Source: Candidatus Krumholzibacteriia bacterium (GTDB lineage: Bacteria; Krumholzibacteriota; Krumholzibacteriia; WVZY01). Taken from it: 64,000 nt of DNA. Location of the stretch: positions 933-64,932 of the forward strand of contig JBHHVD010000005.1 of NCBI GenBank assembly GCA_046754105.1. Direction: 5' to 3'. The notes beneath the pieces were generated by a model. It searched no databases and was not told the origin of the DNA. It saw only the letters and a program-made list of their open reading frames with translations. Numbering within the stretch: the stretch's first letter is position 1; the number at the start of each line of letters is the position of its first letter. Made by a program: the position numbers and the translations under genes. Of this stretch, positions 46,178 through 57,100 are shown one piece after another.

Positions 46178-47143
46178 TTATGGCGCCGACGACGCATTCG
46201 CGTCCGGGCCGAGTGCCGCACGCAGGAAATCGCCGACGACGTAGACGCACAGGACGGTCATGAAGATCATCGACCCGGGGAAGATCGCCACCCACGGGGC
46301 GGTTCCGAGAAAACTCTGGGCGCTTTGCAGCATGCCGCCCCAACTGGCCGTGGGAGGTTGCATACCGAACCCGAGAAACGACACCGCGCTCTCCAGCATG
46401 ACGGCCTGAGCAAGCACGATGGTCGACGTGACGAGCACCGGCGCGGCGGTGTGTGACAGTACGTGCCGCAGGAGGATGCGGCGTTCGGACACGCCGAGGG
46501 CGCGGGCCGCCTCGACGAAATCGTTTTGCTTGGTAGCGAGCACTACGGCCCGCACCACCCGCGCCACTTCCATCCACTGCGTGCAGCCGATGAGCAGGCA
46601 CAGCGTGATGACGCCAGGCTGGACGAGGCTGGAGACGAAGAGGATGAGCAGGAACACGGGGATCGCGAGGAACACGTCCACCGTCCTCATCAGAACCCAG
46701 CCGGGGACGCCCTCGCGATATCCCGACACGCCGCCGACGAATACACCGAGCAGCACGGCAAGCAGCATCGAGCCCGCCCCGACGAAGAGTGAAATGCGGC
46801 CCCCGCGCATGACCCGAAGGAAGTGATCCCGGCCGAGATCGTCGGTGCCGAACGGGTGCGCCGGCGAGGGTGCCAGCAGCCGCTGCGAAAAATCGACATC
46901 GTCCGCCGGCGTGGAGCTGAGGAGAGGCGCGAGAACCGCAGCCGCGGCGATAAGCGCCAGCAGCAGACACGCCGCCGTGGCGGTGCGGTTCCGGCCGAGG
47001 CGGTCGCGCAACCTTGTCGGCGCGCTCGCACCGGCCGGCGGGCGCTGCGGTGGCGCCGGTGGCGCCGGTGGCCGCGGTGTCGGGGCCCGGCGTGGGCTCT
47101 TACGCCTGGTCGGCGTGTCGGATACGGGGGTCCAGGTAGCCAT
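46178..47143 (-). CDS. ABC peptide/nickel transporter permease (DppC/OppC-like)
   Basis: BPD-transporter EAA-loop region (FVEAARALGVSERRILLRHVL). The ATG start gives a Pro/Arg-rich 45-aa extension overlapping dppB-like gene; a TTG at 47011 is an alternative. Confidence 0.8.
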   Translation of the reverse strand: MATWTPVSDTPTRRKSPRRAPTPRPPAPPAPPQRPPAGASAPTRLRDRLGRNRTATAACLLLALIAAAAVLAPLLSSTPADDVDFSQRLLAPSPAHPFGTDDLGRDHFLRVMRGGRISLFVGAGSMLLAVLLGVFVGGVSGYREGVPGWVLMRTVDVFLAIPVFLLILFVSSLVQPGVITLCLLIGCTQWMEVARVVRAVVLATKQNDFVEAARALGVSERRILLRHVLSHTAAPVLVTSTIVLAQAVMLESAVSFLGFGMQPPTASWGGMLQSAQSFLGTAPWVAIFPGSMIFMTVLCVYVVGDFLRAALGPDANASSAP

Positions 47144-48065
47144 AGATACAATCCGTGACCAGGTTCGTTACGGCGATGAGGAACGAGGCGATGAGGACGA
47201 TCCCCATGACGCGGCTGTAGTCCATCCGCAGCAGTCCCTCGTAGAACAGCCGGCCCATACCCGGCCAGGAGAAAACGGTCTCCGTGATAATCGCACCGGT
47301 GAAGAGCAAGGGAAGATTGAGCGCGACCACCGTCAGCACCGGCGCCGCGGCGTTGCGAAGCGCGTGCTTGAGCACCACCGCCACCGGGGGAAGACCCTTG
47401 GCCCTCGCCACGTCGATGAAGTCCTTGGACAGGACCTCGGCCATGCTCGCGCGCATGTAGCGGCTCCAACTCGCGATGAAGACGAGCGCGAGCACGAGCG
47501 AGGGCATCACCAGGTGCCTCAGATGGTCGATGATCGAAAAGGGCATGCCGACGGTGTGCAGCCCGGCCGACGGCAGCAGCTTCCACTTGACGCTGAACAA
47601 CATCATGGCCATCAGGCCCGACCAGAAGACGGGGATGGAAATCAACATCAGAGACCCGATCGTCAGCAGGACGTCCAGCCGCGAGCGCGGGCGCAGCGCC
47701 GAGAGCACGCCGACGCCGATCCCGATCAGCAATGCAAACAAGAGCGCCGAGCCGGCGAGTTCGAGCGTGGCGGGCAGTCGTTTCCCGATCATATTCAGGA
47801 CGGGTTCGCCCGTTACGTACGAGTAACCCAGATCCCCGTGCAAGAACACGCGTTCGAGCCACATCCCGTACTGAACGGCCAGCGGCCGGTCGAGGCCGAA
47901 ATTCGCCCGTATCCGCGCTAGATCCGAGGGGTCGAGCTTGGGGTTCGAGGCCAGCACACCGGTCGGCCCCCCGGGTGCGGCGTGCATCAATCCGAAGCAT
48001 ATCAACGAGATAACCAGCACCAGCGGCACGACGCCGAGCAGCCTGCGGGCGACATATGAGAGCAT
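47100..48065 (-). CDS. ABC peptide/nickel transporter permease (DppB/OppB-like)
   Basis: MLSYVARRLLGVVPLVLVISLICF N-terminus and EAA loop (DFIDVARAKGLPP). Confidence 0.85.
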   Translation of the reverse strand: MLSYVARRLLGVVPLVLVISLICFGLMHAAPGGPTGVLASNPKLDPSDLARIRANFGLDRPLAVQYGMWLERVFLHGDLGYSYVTGEPVLNMIGKRLPATLELAGSALLFALLIGIGVGVLSALRPRSRLDVLLTIGSLMLISIPVFWSGLMAMMLFSVKWKLLPSAGLHTVGMPFSIIDHLRHLVMPSLVLALVFIASWSRYMRASMAEVLSKDFIDVARAKGLPPVAVVLKHALRNAAAPVLTVVALNLPLLFTGAIITETVFSWPGMGRLFYEGLLRMDYSRVMGIVLIASFLIAVTNLVTDCIYGYLDPRIRHADQA

Positions 48066-48175
48066 GGCCCTAAATCCTTATAGATGAATTAGTTGAAATG
48101 TTTCCACTCGCCGGGATGACCCCGCGCGGGTTCAAGCGAGATTCATACCAGAAAGGCAGCCCCGGGGCAGGGCAG

Positions 48176-49900
48176 CTACGGCCGCGGTCCGGCCCGGTCG
48201 GCGAGGTACCAGGTTGCCGCGTTCCAGGTGTCCGCGGACTGGGTGGGGTTGGGTTTGAAATTTCGCAGGTCGCGCGTACAAACATCCACGGCCGTATACC
48301 AGAACAGGGGAACGACCGGCACTTCCTCCACCAGTATCCGCGCCGCAGCGCGGTAGATTCGGACTCGCTCCTCCGGGTCCACCTCCTTCGCCCCCTGGCT
48401 AAGGAGGCGCGACAACTCCGCGTTCCGGAAGCGGGGGTGATTTTGACCCGCAGGCGGGACGTTGTCGGACCCGTACAGCGCCTCTTTGCTGGCGGGCTCG
48501 GGGGAGGACAACCAGGCGTACATGGCGATGTCGAAATCGCCGCGTTTGAGGGTGCCGCCGTCCTCGTACGATCCGTAGAGAACCGTCGCGTTCAGGTTCT
48601 TAATCCTCAGCTCGATGCCGACCTCGCTGAACTGTTCCTTCAATACCAGCTCGGTTCGCTCGCGATTCGGGTTACCCGCCGTCGCCGAGATGGTCAAGAC
48701 CAGATCCCTGCCGTCCTTTTCGCGGATCCCGTCTCCGTCACCATCCCTCCATCCGGCGTCCCGCAGGAGGCGCCTCGCGCGCACCGGGTCGTAGTACGTC
48801 TCCTGTGCCGCCTCGGGGTCGAAGTACCTCGACGACGGATGTTCGTCCAGCGAAGCAACCTCCGCGAGGCCGCGGTAGACCTGCTCGGCCACCACCCCCT
48901 TGTCGGTCGCAAAGGCAATCGCCTGCCTGACGCGCTTGTCACTCAATATTTCATTCTCGGTGTTGAAATCCAGATGCTCGTACATGAGCGTGGGCGTGGA
49001 ATACATCTTCGCATTGTCTATCGCCGCTGCCTGGTCGACGAACCCCGCACCGATATTGTCGAAGAGATCGATCTCCCCCGTTTTCAGCTGCACGAGCAGC
49101 GTGTTCTCGTCTGGTACAAACTTCAAAATGATCTCGTCCAGGTACGGGCCTTCACCGTAGTAGCGCTCGTTCTTGACCAGTTCGATGTGCGATCCCCGCA
49201 CCCACTCGCGAACTTTGAACGGGCCGCTCCCGAGGGGGTGATGGTGGTAGGAAGAGATATGGAACCTCTTACCCGTTTCCCCGCGAAGAACATGGGCGGG
49301 CAGCACCGATTCGTCGTAGAACGTCTCGCCGACGAAATCGGGATAGGGCCGTTTCAGGTAAAAAACAGCGGTGTAGGCATCCGGTGTTTCCAGCCTGTCG
49401 ATGACGTCCCAGCCCTCGCGTGATTCCACGTTGACGCGGGGGTCCATAATGACCTCGTATGTAAACCTCACGTCCCCGCTCGTCACGGGTTCGCCGTCCT
49501 GCCAGAGCGCGTCCCTTCGCAGGTGGTAGGTATAGGCAAGAAAGTCCGCCGATATGCCGCCGTTTTGCAGGCTCGGGATCTCCGTGATGAGGTCCGGGAT
49601 GAGATTCATCTCGTCGTCGTACTTGACGAATTTCGAGAAGATGAGGTTGCAAACGAGATTCGTCGTGGCCGTGGCGTTGAGAATCTCGCTGAGACGCTCG
49701 GGCTCTTGCTGGACGCCGATGACGAGGCGCCCCCCTTCCCTGGGCGTGCCGTCGTCCGCGGTGCTTGCGGCGGCGGACTCCGCCGTCTTATCTCTCGAAC
49801 TGCAACCGGGCACGCACAGGACGCACAACGCCGACCAGCCCAACAGCACAACAAGGAGCCGCCTGGGGATCGAGGAAAGGTGTCTCACCGTGGCATTCAC
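48176..49900 (-). CDS. ABC transporter substrate-binding lipoprotein, family 5 (peptide/nickel)
   Basis: GTG start at 49898-49900, 5 nt after GGAGG. Lipobox LCVPGC. SBP_bac_5-like body. Confidence 0.8.
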   Translation of the reverse strand: MNATVRHLSSIPRRLLVVLLGWSALCVLCVPGCSSRDKTAESAAASTADDGTPREGGRLVIGVQQEPERLSEILNATATTNLVCNLIFSKFVKYDDEMNLIPDLITEIPSLQNGGISADFLAYTYHLRRDALWQDGEPVTSGDVRFTYEVIMDPRVNVESREGWDVIDRLETPDAYTAVFYLKRPYPDFVGETFYDESVLPAHVLRGETGKRFHISSYHHHPLGSGPFKVREWVRGSHIELVKNERYYGEGPYLDEIILKFVPDENTLLVQLKTGEIDLFDNIGAGFVDQAAAIDNAKMYSTPTLMYEHLDFNTENEILSDKRVRQAIAFATDKGVVAEQVYRGLAEVASLDEHPSSRYFDPEAAQETYYDPVRARRLLRDAGWRDGDGDGIREKDGRDLVLTISATAGNPNRERTELVLKEQFSEVGIELRIKNLNATVLYGSYEDGGTLKRGDFDIAMYAWLSSPEPASKEALYGSDNVPPAGQNHPRFRNAELSRLLSQGAKEVDPEERVRIYRAAARILVEEVPVVPLFWYTAVDVCTRDLRNFKPNPTQSADTWNAATWYLADRAGPRP

Positions 49901-50090
49901 CGTGGCCTCCCGGGGCCGGTTTGCGCGACACTCCCGTTGCCGGCGGGACGTCGTCGTTATCTGGATGGATCGTATGACCAAAGCATGCAAAATCCTTACC
50001 AGAACCCACCCGGCTGGCCCGGATCGGACCGGCTCCGGCAAAAAAAAACGCCCGGGACGGGCGCTTTTTGGGGGTATCAAGGCGGGGGCG

Positions 50091-50420
50091 TCAGCCCGCC
50101 AGGACCGTGTTGATTTTCTCGGTGATGGCCTGCTTGGACTGGGCGCCGACGATTCGCTCGGAGGCCTCTCCGCCCTTGAAGATGATGAGGGTGGGGATAC
50201 TCATGATCCCGTACTTCACAGGGACCTTCTGGTTCTCGTCCGTGTTCATCTTGCCCACCTTGATCTTGCCGTCGTATTCGCCGGCGATCTCCTCGATCAA
50301 CGGCGCGATCTGCTTGCAGGGACCGCACCACGGTGCCCAGAAATCCACGAGTACCGGCACATCGGACTTGATGACGTCGGCCTCGAAGTTGTCATCGGTG
50401 AACTCCAGCTCTTTGCTCAT
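50091..50420 (-). CDS. trxA: thioredoxin
   Basis: WAPWCGPCK active site; 109 aa. Confidence 0.95.
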   Translation of the reverse strand: MSKELEFTDDNFEADVIKSDVPVLVDFWAPWCGPCKQIAPLIEEIAGEYDGKIKVGKMNTDENQKVPVKYGIMSIPTLIIFKGGEASERIVGAQSKQAITEKINTVLAG

Positions 50421-50606
50421 GCTCGACCTCCTCCTGTCCCCACCCTGCGGGTGGTCCTGGTTTCCACGGTTACTAAAATACGCCTTGCCGGCCCTTTTGC
50501 AAGCAATTTGTCACGGGGCAGCCGGAATTTGCCGGTGTCCATCGCCGGGCGCCCGTCGTATAATGCTGGTGGAAGCCGCGTGGACACCGGTCGAAAGGAG
50601 GGCGCG

Positions 50607-51071
50607 ATGGTCGTTTTCAAGGAGATTGTAGTCCCCACGGATTTCTCGGAGCACTCGCTTCGAGGGCTCGACTACGCGGTCGAAATCGCGGACAAGTTTG
50701 AGTCGGCGCTCAAGATCATCTATGTCATCGAACCGTTGCTGCAGGCGGCCGATGTGGCCTGGACCTCGGTGGACTTCGAACAGCTGAACGAGACGCATAA
50801 GTCATCGGCCGAAAAACAGTTGAAGCACCTCGTGGAGGAACGGGTTCCCGACGACCTCCCGGTCGGCACCGAGACTCTATTCGGCAAACCGTTCGTTCAG
50901 ATACTGAAATATGCAAAGAGAGAGAACGCGGATCTGATCGTGATGGCAACCCACGGCCGCGGCGCCATCGCGCACATACTGATGGGGAGTACGGCGGAGA
51001 AGGTGGTCCGAAAAGCCCCGTGCCCGGTTCTCACCGTCAAGCACCCCAAGTACATGTTCGCAATGCCGTGA
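50607..51071 (+). CDS. universal stress protein (UspA family)
   Basis: Start at MVVFKEIVVPTDFSE, with AAAGGAGG upstream. Motifs ATHGRG....GSTAEKVVRKAPCPVLTV. The upstream 350 codons of tracked ORF 49554..51071 are antisense noise. Confidence 0.85.
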   Translation: MVVFKEIVVPTDFSEHSLRGLDYAVEIADKFESALKIIYVIEPLLQAADVAWTSVDFEQLNETHKSSAEKQLKHLVEERVPDDLPVGTETLFGKPFVQILKYAKRENADLIVMATHGRGAIAHILMGSTAEKVVRKAPCPVLTVKHPKYMFAMP

Positions 51072-51078
51072 ACGGGCG

Positions 51079-54000
51079 TTACGCCCCTGACAGCTTTCGG
51101 CGGGGCTGCCGGGCGCGGGCACGAACCTGGCGGGTCCACTGCATAAAACGCTCACCGATGACGTAGTAGGTGGGCAGCGCCACCAGCGTCAAGAAAGTGC
51201 CCATCGCCAGCCCGCCGATCACGGCCCGGGCAAGGGGGTAGTACTGGGTCCCCGCGATGTTGGTTTCGCCGACCGCCATCGGCAACAACCCGAGAATCGT
51301 GGTAGAGGCCGTCATGACGATTGGCCTGAAGCGCTCCCGGCCCCCTTTAAGTATCGCCTCGTAGATGGTGTCTCCCCCGCGCCTGAAATTGTTGACGTGG
51401 TCGACGAGGACAATGCCGTTGTTGACGACGATGCCTATGAGAATCACGACCCCGATCATGGCCATCAGGTTAACGGCCGTCCCCGTGACCAGCAACGCCA
51501 CGATGACACCCACGAGCGAAAACGGCAGGCACATCATGATGATCATCGGGTGCAGGAGCGACTCGAACAGCGCAGCCATGACGAGGTACACGCAGATCAG
51601 GGCGAGAAGCACGTTGAAGAGTATATCGTTCTGCTGCTCCTGCTGGCGGCGGAAACGGTCTCCGAACGACCACGAGTACCCCAGGGGAAACTGTATCTGG
51701 TTCATCAGGCCCGCGACGTTCCCGGTCATCTCCTTGTATTTCTCCCTGTCGTAGGAGCCCTCGACCGACACCGCTGCTTTCTGGTTATTGCGGCTTATCG
51801 TGGTCGGGCCGCGGCTCACCGACAGGTCGGCCACCGCACCCAGCGTCATCTCGCGCCCGTCATTCATGCCGACGAGGAGATTTTTCAAATTGTAGAGGCC
51901 GACGCGGTCCTCTGGCGACAAGATGATATCCATGTCTACCTCGCGATCCACCGCCTGGAAGCGCCGCAGCGGCATGCCACGAAAGGTCAGGTTCATGATG
52001 GAGCTCACCGTCTGCGGCGAGATTCCATATTGCTGTGCTACGTCGCGGTTGAGCGCGATCTTGATTTCCTCGCTGCCCATCTCGATGCTTGTACGCACGT
52101 CCTCCATGCCTTCCATCAGGGCCATGCGACGCTTGACCTCTTGAGCGTACTCGTCGAGCAGGGCCATGTCTTCGCCGAAGAGCGAAACCTGGATCTTCTG
52201 CACGCCGCCCCCACCCGCGCCCTGGTCGTCACCGAAACGTAACGTCGCGCCGGCAAGCTGCGGCAGTACCTCTCGCAGTTTCTTGCGGATCTCTTTGAGG
52301 GCTTTGTCACTCAGGAACTTGTCCTCGAAATAAAGCGTGGTCCCCGCGCGGTTGTTGGCGTAAAAGCTGTATACCTGTTTGATGCGGAGTTCTTCCTTCT
52401 TCTCGAAAAGCACCTTCTCCACGGCGTTGATGTATTTCTCGGTCTGCTTGTACGTCAGATTGTCCGAGAAATCGTAGTCGACGTAGAGGTTCTCTATCAA
52501 CTCGCCCTCTTCCATGTTGAAATCGAGCTTGAAGACCCGGGTGGCGCCGATCGTCGCGACGAGAATGAACGGGATGATCACGAGTCCGGTCATAAACGGT
52601 CTCTTGCGGGTCGTCCACTTGAGCGTCTGGACGTATCGTTCCTGAAACTTCGCGAGCAGTCTGGATTCCCGCTGCTTCTTGGGTCTTAGCAGCCGCGAGG
52701 TCAGGAACGGAATCAGCGTGAGCGAGATCAGCAGCGAGAAGAACAGTGCAACGGAAATCGTCATCCCTACCTGCGAGAGGTACGTCATGATGCCGGAGGC
52801 GTCCTGCGTGACGATGATCGGGGCGAAGACGATGATCGACGTCAGCGTTGCCGCGACCACCGCGGTGGCCACTTCCCGCGACCCGATGATGGAGGCCCGA
52901 ACGCTTTCCTCACCCCGGGCCTGGTGCCGGAAAATCGATTCCAGCACCACGATGGCGTTGTCCACGAGCATTCCAACCCCAAGCATCAGCCCCATCATGG
53001 TCAGCACGTTCAGCGACTGCCCCGCAAAGAACAGAAACCCACACGTGCACAAGAGCGCGAACGGTATCGAAACGGCGACGATCAGCGTGGTGGTAAGGCG
53101 CCTGAGAAAGAAGTACAGAATAAACACGGCGAAGAGCGCGCCGATGATCCCCGCCTGTTGCAGGCCGTGGAGGCTGTTCAGAATCTGCTCGGCCTGGTTC
53201 CAGAAAAGAAAGAAGCTGATTCCCTCCATGCGCGGATCGTTGTTGATTTTCTCGAGCTGTTTGTTGACTTTGGCCGCCACCTCGACCGAGTTGGCGCCGG
53301 ATGATTTCTGGATCCAGAAGGCGATGCAGGACTCCCCGTCCAGATGCCGGCCGTAGTTGATCAACGGCTCGCCGTAGTAGACGGTCGCCACGTCCTTCAG
53401 CCTCAAACCCTGTTCGCTGATGATGAGGTTTTCGACCTCCTCGAAGGACGTGAAATTGCCGAGACCGCGAACGTTGTAGCGAAGCCCGGCGCTGGTCACC
53501 TCGCCCAGGGACGCAGTGACGTTCATGGTCTGGATCGTCTGGAACAGTTCGCCGATGTCTACACTGTGGGCCTTGATCTTGTCCAACTCGAGGTAGATCG
53601 AAATCTCCTGTGGCTCGACGCCATCGATTCCCACACGCCCAACACCCTCGATTCTCTTGAGGGGGTTCAGAATCGTCTTTTCCAGTAAATCGTAGCTTCC
53701 CATCAGGTCCCGGCCCTTTGCCGAAATGCGCCCTACCATAATAGGCTGGTCGTTGGAATTGAACGTAAAGAGCTGGATCCTCTCCACGTCGCTCGGCAGT
53801 TCGCTCCTGATCTGGTCCAGCTTCTCCTTGACCTCCATTCGCAACACGTTCACATCCCGTCCCCAGTCGAAGAGCACCCCTACGAACGCGCCGTCCGACG
53901 AGGATTCGGAGAATATCTCGCGCACGTCGCCGAGTGTCGCGAATACCTCCTCGAGGGGTTTTGCGATTTGTCTCTCGACGTGTGTGGGAATGGAGTTCGG

Positions 54001-54153
54001 ATAGGTGACAAATATCCCGATGAACGGAAAGTCCATCTGTGGCAGGAACTCGATGGGGAGCTTGTCGACGGAAATAAGGCCAACGGCAAGCAGGGTCACG
54101 AGGCCGATGGTCACGATGACCGGCTTGTGTACCGCGAGCTCGTAGAGCTTCAT
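51079..54153 (-). CDS. RND-family efflux permease (second of tandem pair, MdtC-like position)
   Basis: 1024 aa; motif GVGMLVDNAIVVLESI. Confidence 0.9.
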   Translation of the reverse strand: MKLYELAVHKPVIVTIGLVTLLAVGLISVDKLPIEFLPQMDFPFIGIFVTYPNSIPTHVERQIAKPLEEVFATLGDVREIFSESSSDGAFVGVLFDWGRDVNVLRMEVKEKLDQIRSELPSDVERIQLFTFNSNDQPIMVGRISAKGRDLMGSYDLLEKTILNPLKRIEGVGRVGIDGVEPQEISIYLELDKIKAHSVDIGELFQTIQTMNVTASLGEVTSAGLRYNVRGLGNFTSFEEVENLIISEQGLRLKDVATVYYGEPLINYGRHLDGESCIAFWIQKSSGANSVEVAAKVNKQLEKINNDPRMEGISFFLFWNQAEQILNSLHGLQQAGIIGALFAVFILYFFLRRLTTTLIVAVSIPFALLCTCGFLFFAGQSLNVLTMMGLMLGVGMLVDNAIVVLESIFRHQARGEESVRASIIGSREVATAVVAATLTSIIVFAPIIVTQDASGIMTYLSQVGMTISVALFFSLLISLTLIPFLTSRLLRPKKQRESRLLAKFQERYVQTLKWTTRKRPFMTGLVIIPFILVATIGATRVFKLDFNMEEGELIENLYVDYDFSDNLTYKQTEKYINAVEKVLFEKKEELRIKQVYSFYANNRAGTTLYFEDKFLSDKALKEIRKKLREVLPQLAGATLRFGDDQGAGGGGVQKIQVSLFGEDMALLDEYAQEVKRRMALMEGMEDVRTSIEMGSEEIKIALNRDVAQQYGISPQTVSSIMNLTFRGMPLRRFQAVDREVDMDIILSPEDRVGLYNLKNLLVGMNDGREMTLGAVADLSVSRGPTTISRNNQKAAVSVEGSYDREKYKEMTGNVAGLMNQIQFPLGYSWSFGDRFRRQQEQQNDILFNVLLALICVYLVMAALFESLLHPMIIMMCLPFSLVGVIVALLVTGTAVNLMAMIGVVILIGIVVNNGIVLVDHVNNFRRGGDTIYEAILKGGRERFRPIVMTASTTILGLLPMAVGETNIAGTQYYPLARAVIGGLAMGTFLTLVALPTYYVIGERFMQWTRQVRARARQPRRKLSGA

Positions 54154-54177
54154 GGATCGCCCTTCGGTTAACAGCGC

Positions 54178-57100
54178 CTATTTGCCTCGATCGACAAGAG
54201 AATACAAGGCGGGTATGACGAGCAGCGTCAGCACCGTCGCCCCCAACAGACCACCGATTACCGTCAATGCCATCGGCGCTCGGATCTCCGCGCCCTCGCC
54301 CAGACCGAGCGCCATCGGCAACAGGCCGAGCACGGTGGTCAGTGTCGTCATGATAATCGGCCGCAAACGGACCCTGCCCGCCTCGCGCAGCGCGTCCAGT
54401 TTTTCCTTGCCGCTGCGCCGCAGCCTGTTTATGTAATCGATCAGCACGATACCGTTGTTCACCACGATGCCGGCAAGCATGATAGCACCGATGAAGACGA
54501 CCACGTTCAATGACTGCCCCGTTGCAAGCAAGGTCCATATGACCCCGATGGCTCCCAGCGGCACGGTGAATAGAATGATGAACGGATGGATGAAGGACTC
54601 GAACTGCGCCGCCATCACCAGATAGACGAGAAAAATCGCCAGCAGCAGAGCGAAGAGCAAGCTCCGGAAAGAGCGGGCCAACTCCTCGTTCTGGCCTCCC
54701 TGCTCCACTGTGATGCCCGGCGGCAGGGTGATCTGGCCGATCAACGCTTCTATATCCGTGGACACCGATGCCAGGTCGCGGCCGGAGAGGTTGCCCGAGA
54801 CGACTGCCGCCCGCTGCTGGGAAATCCGCGTGATCTGACTCAGGCCCCTGGCGACGTCCAGGTCGGCCACGGTTCCCAGGGCGATGGGTGTGCCTTCGCG
54901 CTCGCCGACCACCAGCGAGCGCAGCTCGCCCAGGTGTTCCGCGTCTTTGGCAGTTGTCCGTACCCGGATATCGACCTGGATCTCGCGTTCTTTGAAGCGG
55001 GTGGGAACCTCGCCCTGTATCTTGGTTTTCAGCTGGTTGGCAACGTCGTCCAGGGACAACCCTAACGACGACAGGCGGTCGCGGTCGAAGACGACGTTCA
55101 ACTCGGGATTACCGGATTCCATCGACATCCGCATATCCTTGACACCCGGGATCTTCGCCAACTCGCGCTCGAACTGCGCCGCCACCCGCCTGAGCGTTTC
55201 CAGGTTGTACCCGTACACGTCGACCTCGACCGGCGTCTGAAGAGTGAAATACGCCGGCCGCGCGAACTTGGAATCCATCCCCTCGATCCCGGCGAATTGC
55301 CGTCTGAGAGACTGTACGATCCGTTCTTCAAGCTCCGGGTTGCCCTTGTCGGTGAGCACGACGTTCAACTGGCCGAGGTTCTTATCCTTGTTCTTCGCGT
55401 TGCTGCCAAGGCGAGTGGCTGCGCCGACGCTCGCGAAATAGCTTTCGATGCCGGGCGTTCCCTCCGCGATCGCTTCCATGTCGGCCAGTTTGGCATCCGT
55501 CGCCTCCAGCGGGCTCCCTTCCGGCAGATGGACGTTGAAACTGAACTCGCCCTGCGAAAACTGGGGGATCAACTCCGCACCCAGAAACCCCGCAGCCCAC
55601 ACGCTCGCCCCGAACAGCAGGATCATCGCGAATAGAAACGCGCCGCGACGCCTCAACACCCACCCCAGTGCGGGGGCATACCTGCTCTCGAACGCCGCGA
55701 ACGCCATGCTAAACAACGCGAGAAAGGGACGTAATGCGACCCCGAACACCGCCCGCAGGAATCTGCCCACCACGCTCAACAACCTCAGCCCCGCCACCGG
55801 CACCGAAGTCGTCGAGAACCCCCACGCCCCGGCCACTTTGCGTGTAAACCAGCGTCTTTGCTTTGGCGTTGCGTCCTGGCGGCCGAACAGGGCTTCCGCG
55901 CTGGGCGACGTGCGTCCTTGAACGGATGAGATCATCGGGATGAGCATGAGGGACACGATCAGCGACGCCAGCAGCGAGATCGACACGGTAAGCGCCTGGT
56001 CCCTGAACACCTGCCCGGCGATGCCTTCGACGAAAACAATGGGCAGAAACACTGCCACACTCGTCAGGGTAGACGCGATGACCGCCATACCAACGCTGCT
56101 CGCGCCCTTGAACGTCGCCTCTTTGCGGTCCAGTCCCTGTTCCTTGTAACGTGAAATGCTCTCGAGCACGACGATCGAGTTATCCACGAGCATGCCCACA
56201 CCCAGCGCAAGTCCGCCGAGCGACATCAGGTTGAGCGATACACCCAACTGCCGCATCAACACGAAAGTGGTCAGAATGGAAATAGGAATCGAAAGACCGA
56301 TGATCATCGTGCTCCTGAGGTCTCTCAGGAACAGGTACAGCACCGTCACCGCCAGCAACGCACCGAGCAGGGCATTGTACAGCACCTCGTTGATAGATGT
56401 CTTGATGAAACGCGACTGGTCGAAAAGCACCTGCATCTGCACACCCTCGGTCAGCTCGCGTTCGACCTCGGCGACGCGGCGCCGGATTCTCCCGGCGACC
56501 TCGACGGTGTTGGCGTCACCCTCCTTGTAGATGGCGACCTCGACGGCCTCCTTGCCGTTGATGCGCGTGATCACTTCCCGCTCGCGGTAACCCCTCGTGA
56601 TGCTACCGAGATCCCCGAGCACGATCCTGCGGCCATCCTGCTGGCTGACGATGGTATTGCCGATGTCGTCGATGTCTCTGAACTCGTTCTCGGTTCTCAG
56701 GAGGAACTCCGAACCGCGGTCCCGCAGCTTGCCCCCGGACTGATTGATGTTGTCCTGGAGCAGGCGGTTGCTGACCGTCGAGATGGGGATCCCGTACGAC
56801 GCGAGCTTCTTTTCATCCAGGATGACCTGGATTTCCTCCTCGAGTCCGCCCAGGACTTTCGCGCTGGCGATGCCGTCGAGGGATTCCAGTTCTTTCTTCA
56901 CCGTGCGGTCCGCGATGTAGCGCAGCCGCACCAGGTTTTCGCCGCCAAAAATGCCTAGCCTCATCACCGGATCCAGTGACGGATCGTATCTGAGCAGAAC
57001 GGGTTGTTCGGCCTCGCGGGGAAGCTCGATGAGATCGACCTTTTCCCTGACGTCCAGCGCCGCATAATCCATCTCGGTGTCCCAGGAGAATTCGAGCGTG

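Noticed and set aside
47051-47077. 9-bp microsatellite TGGCGCCGG x2 plus TGGCCGCGG
   Set aside because: It encodes a PPAPPAPP stretch in the possible N-terminal extension of the DppC-like gene. It is a simple GC-rich coding or 5' repeat, not a regulatory or mobile element.
46083-48000. Arg-rich same-strand ORFs 46083..46970 and 46690..48000 overlapping the permease genes
   Set aside because: These are alternative frames of genuine ABC permease genes. The translations are about 25-30% Arg/Pro/Gly with no TM helices.
48098-50606. Long plus-strand ORFs (48098..49423 and the 5' part of 49554..51071) opposite the binding-protein and trxA genes
   Set aside because: The composition is non-protein-like. 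Only the last 155 codons (UspA, from 50607) have an RBS and recognisable motifs.
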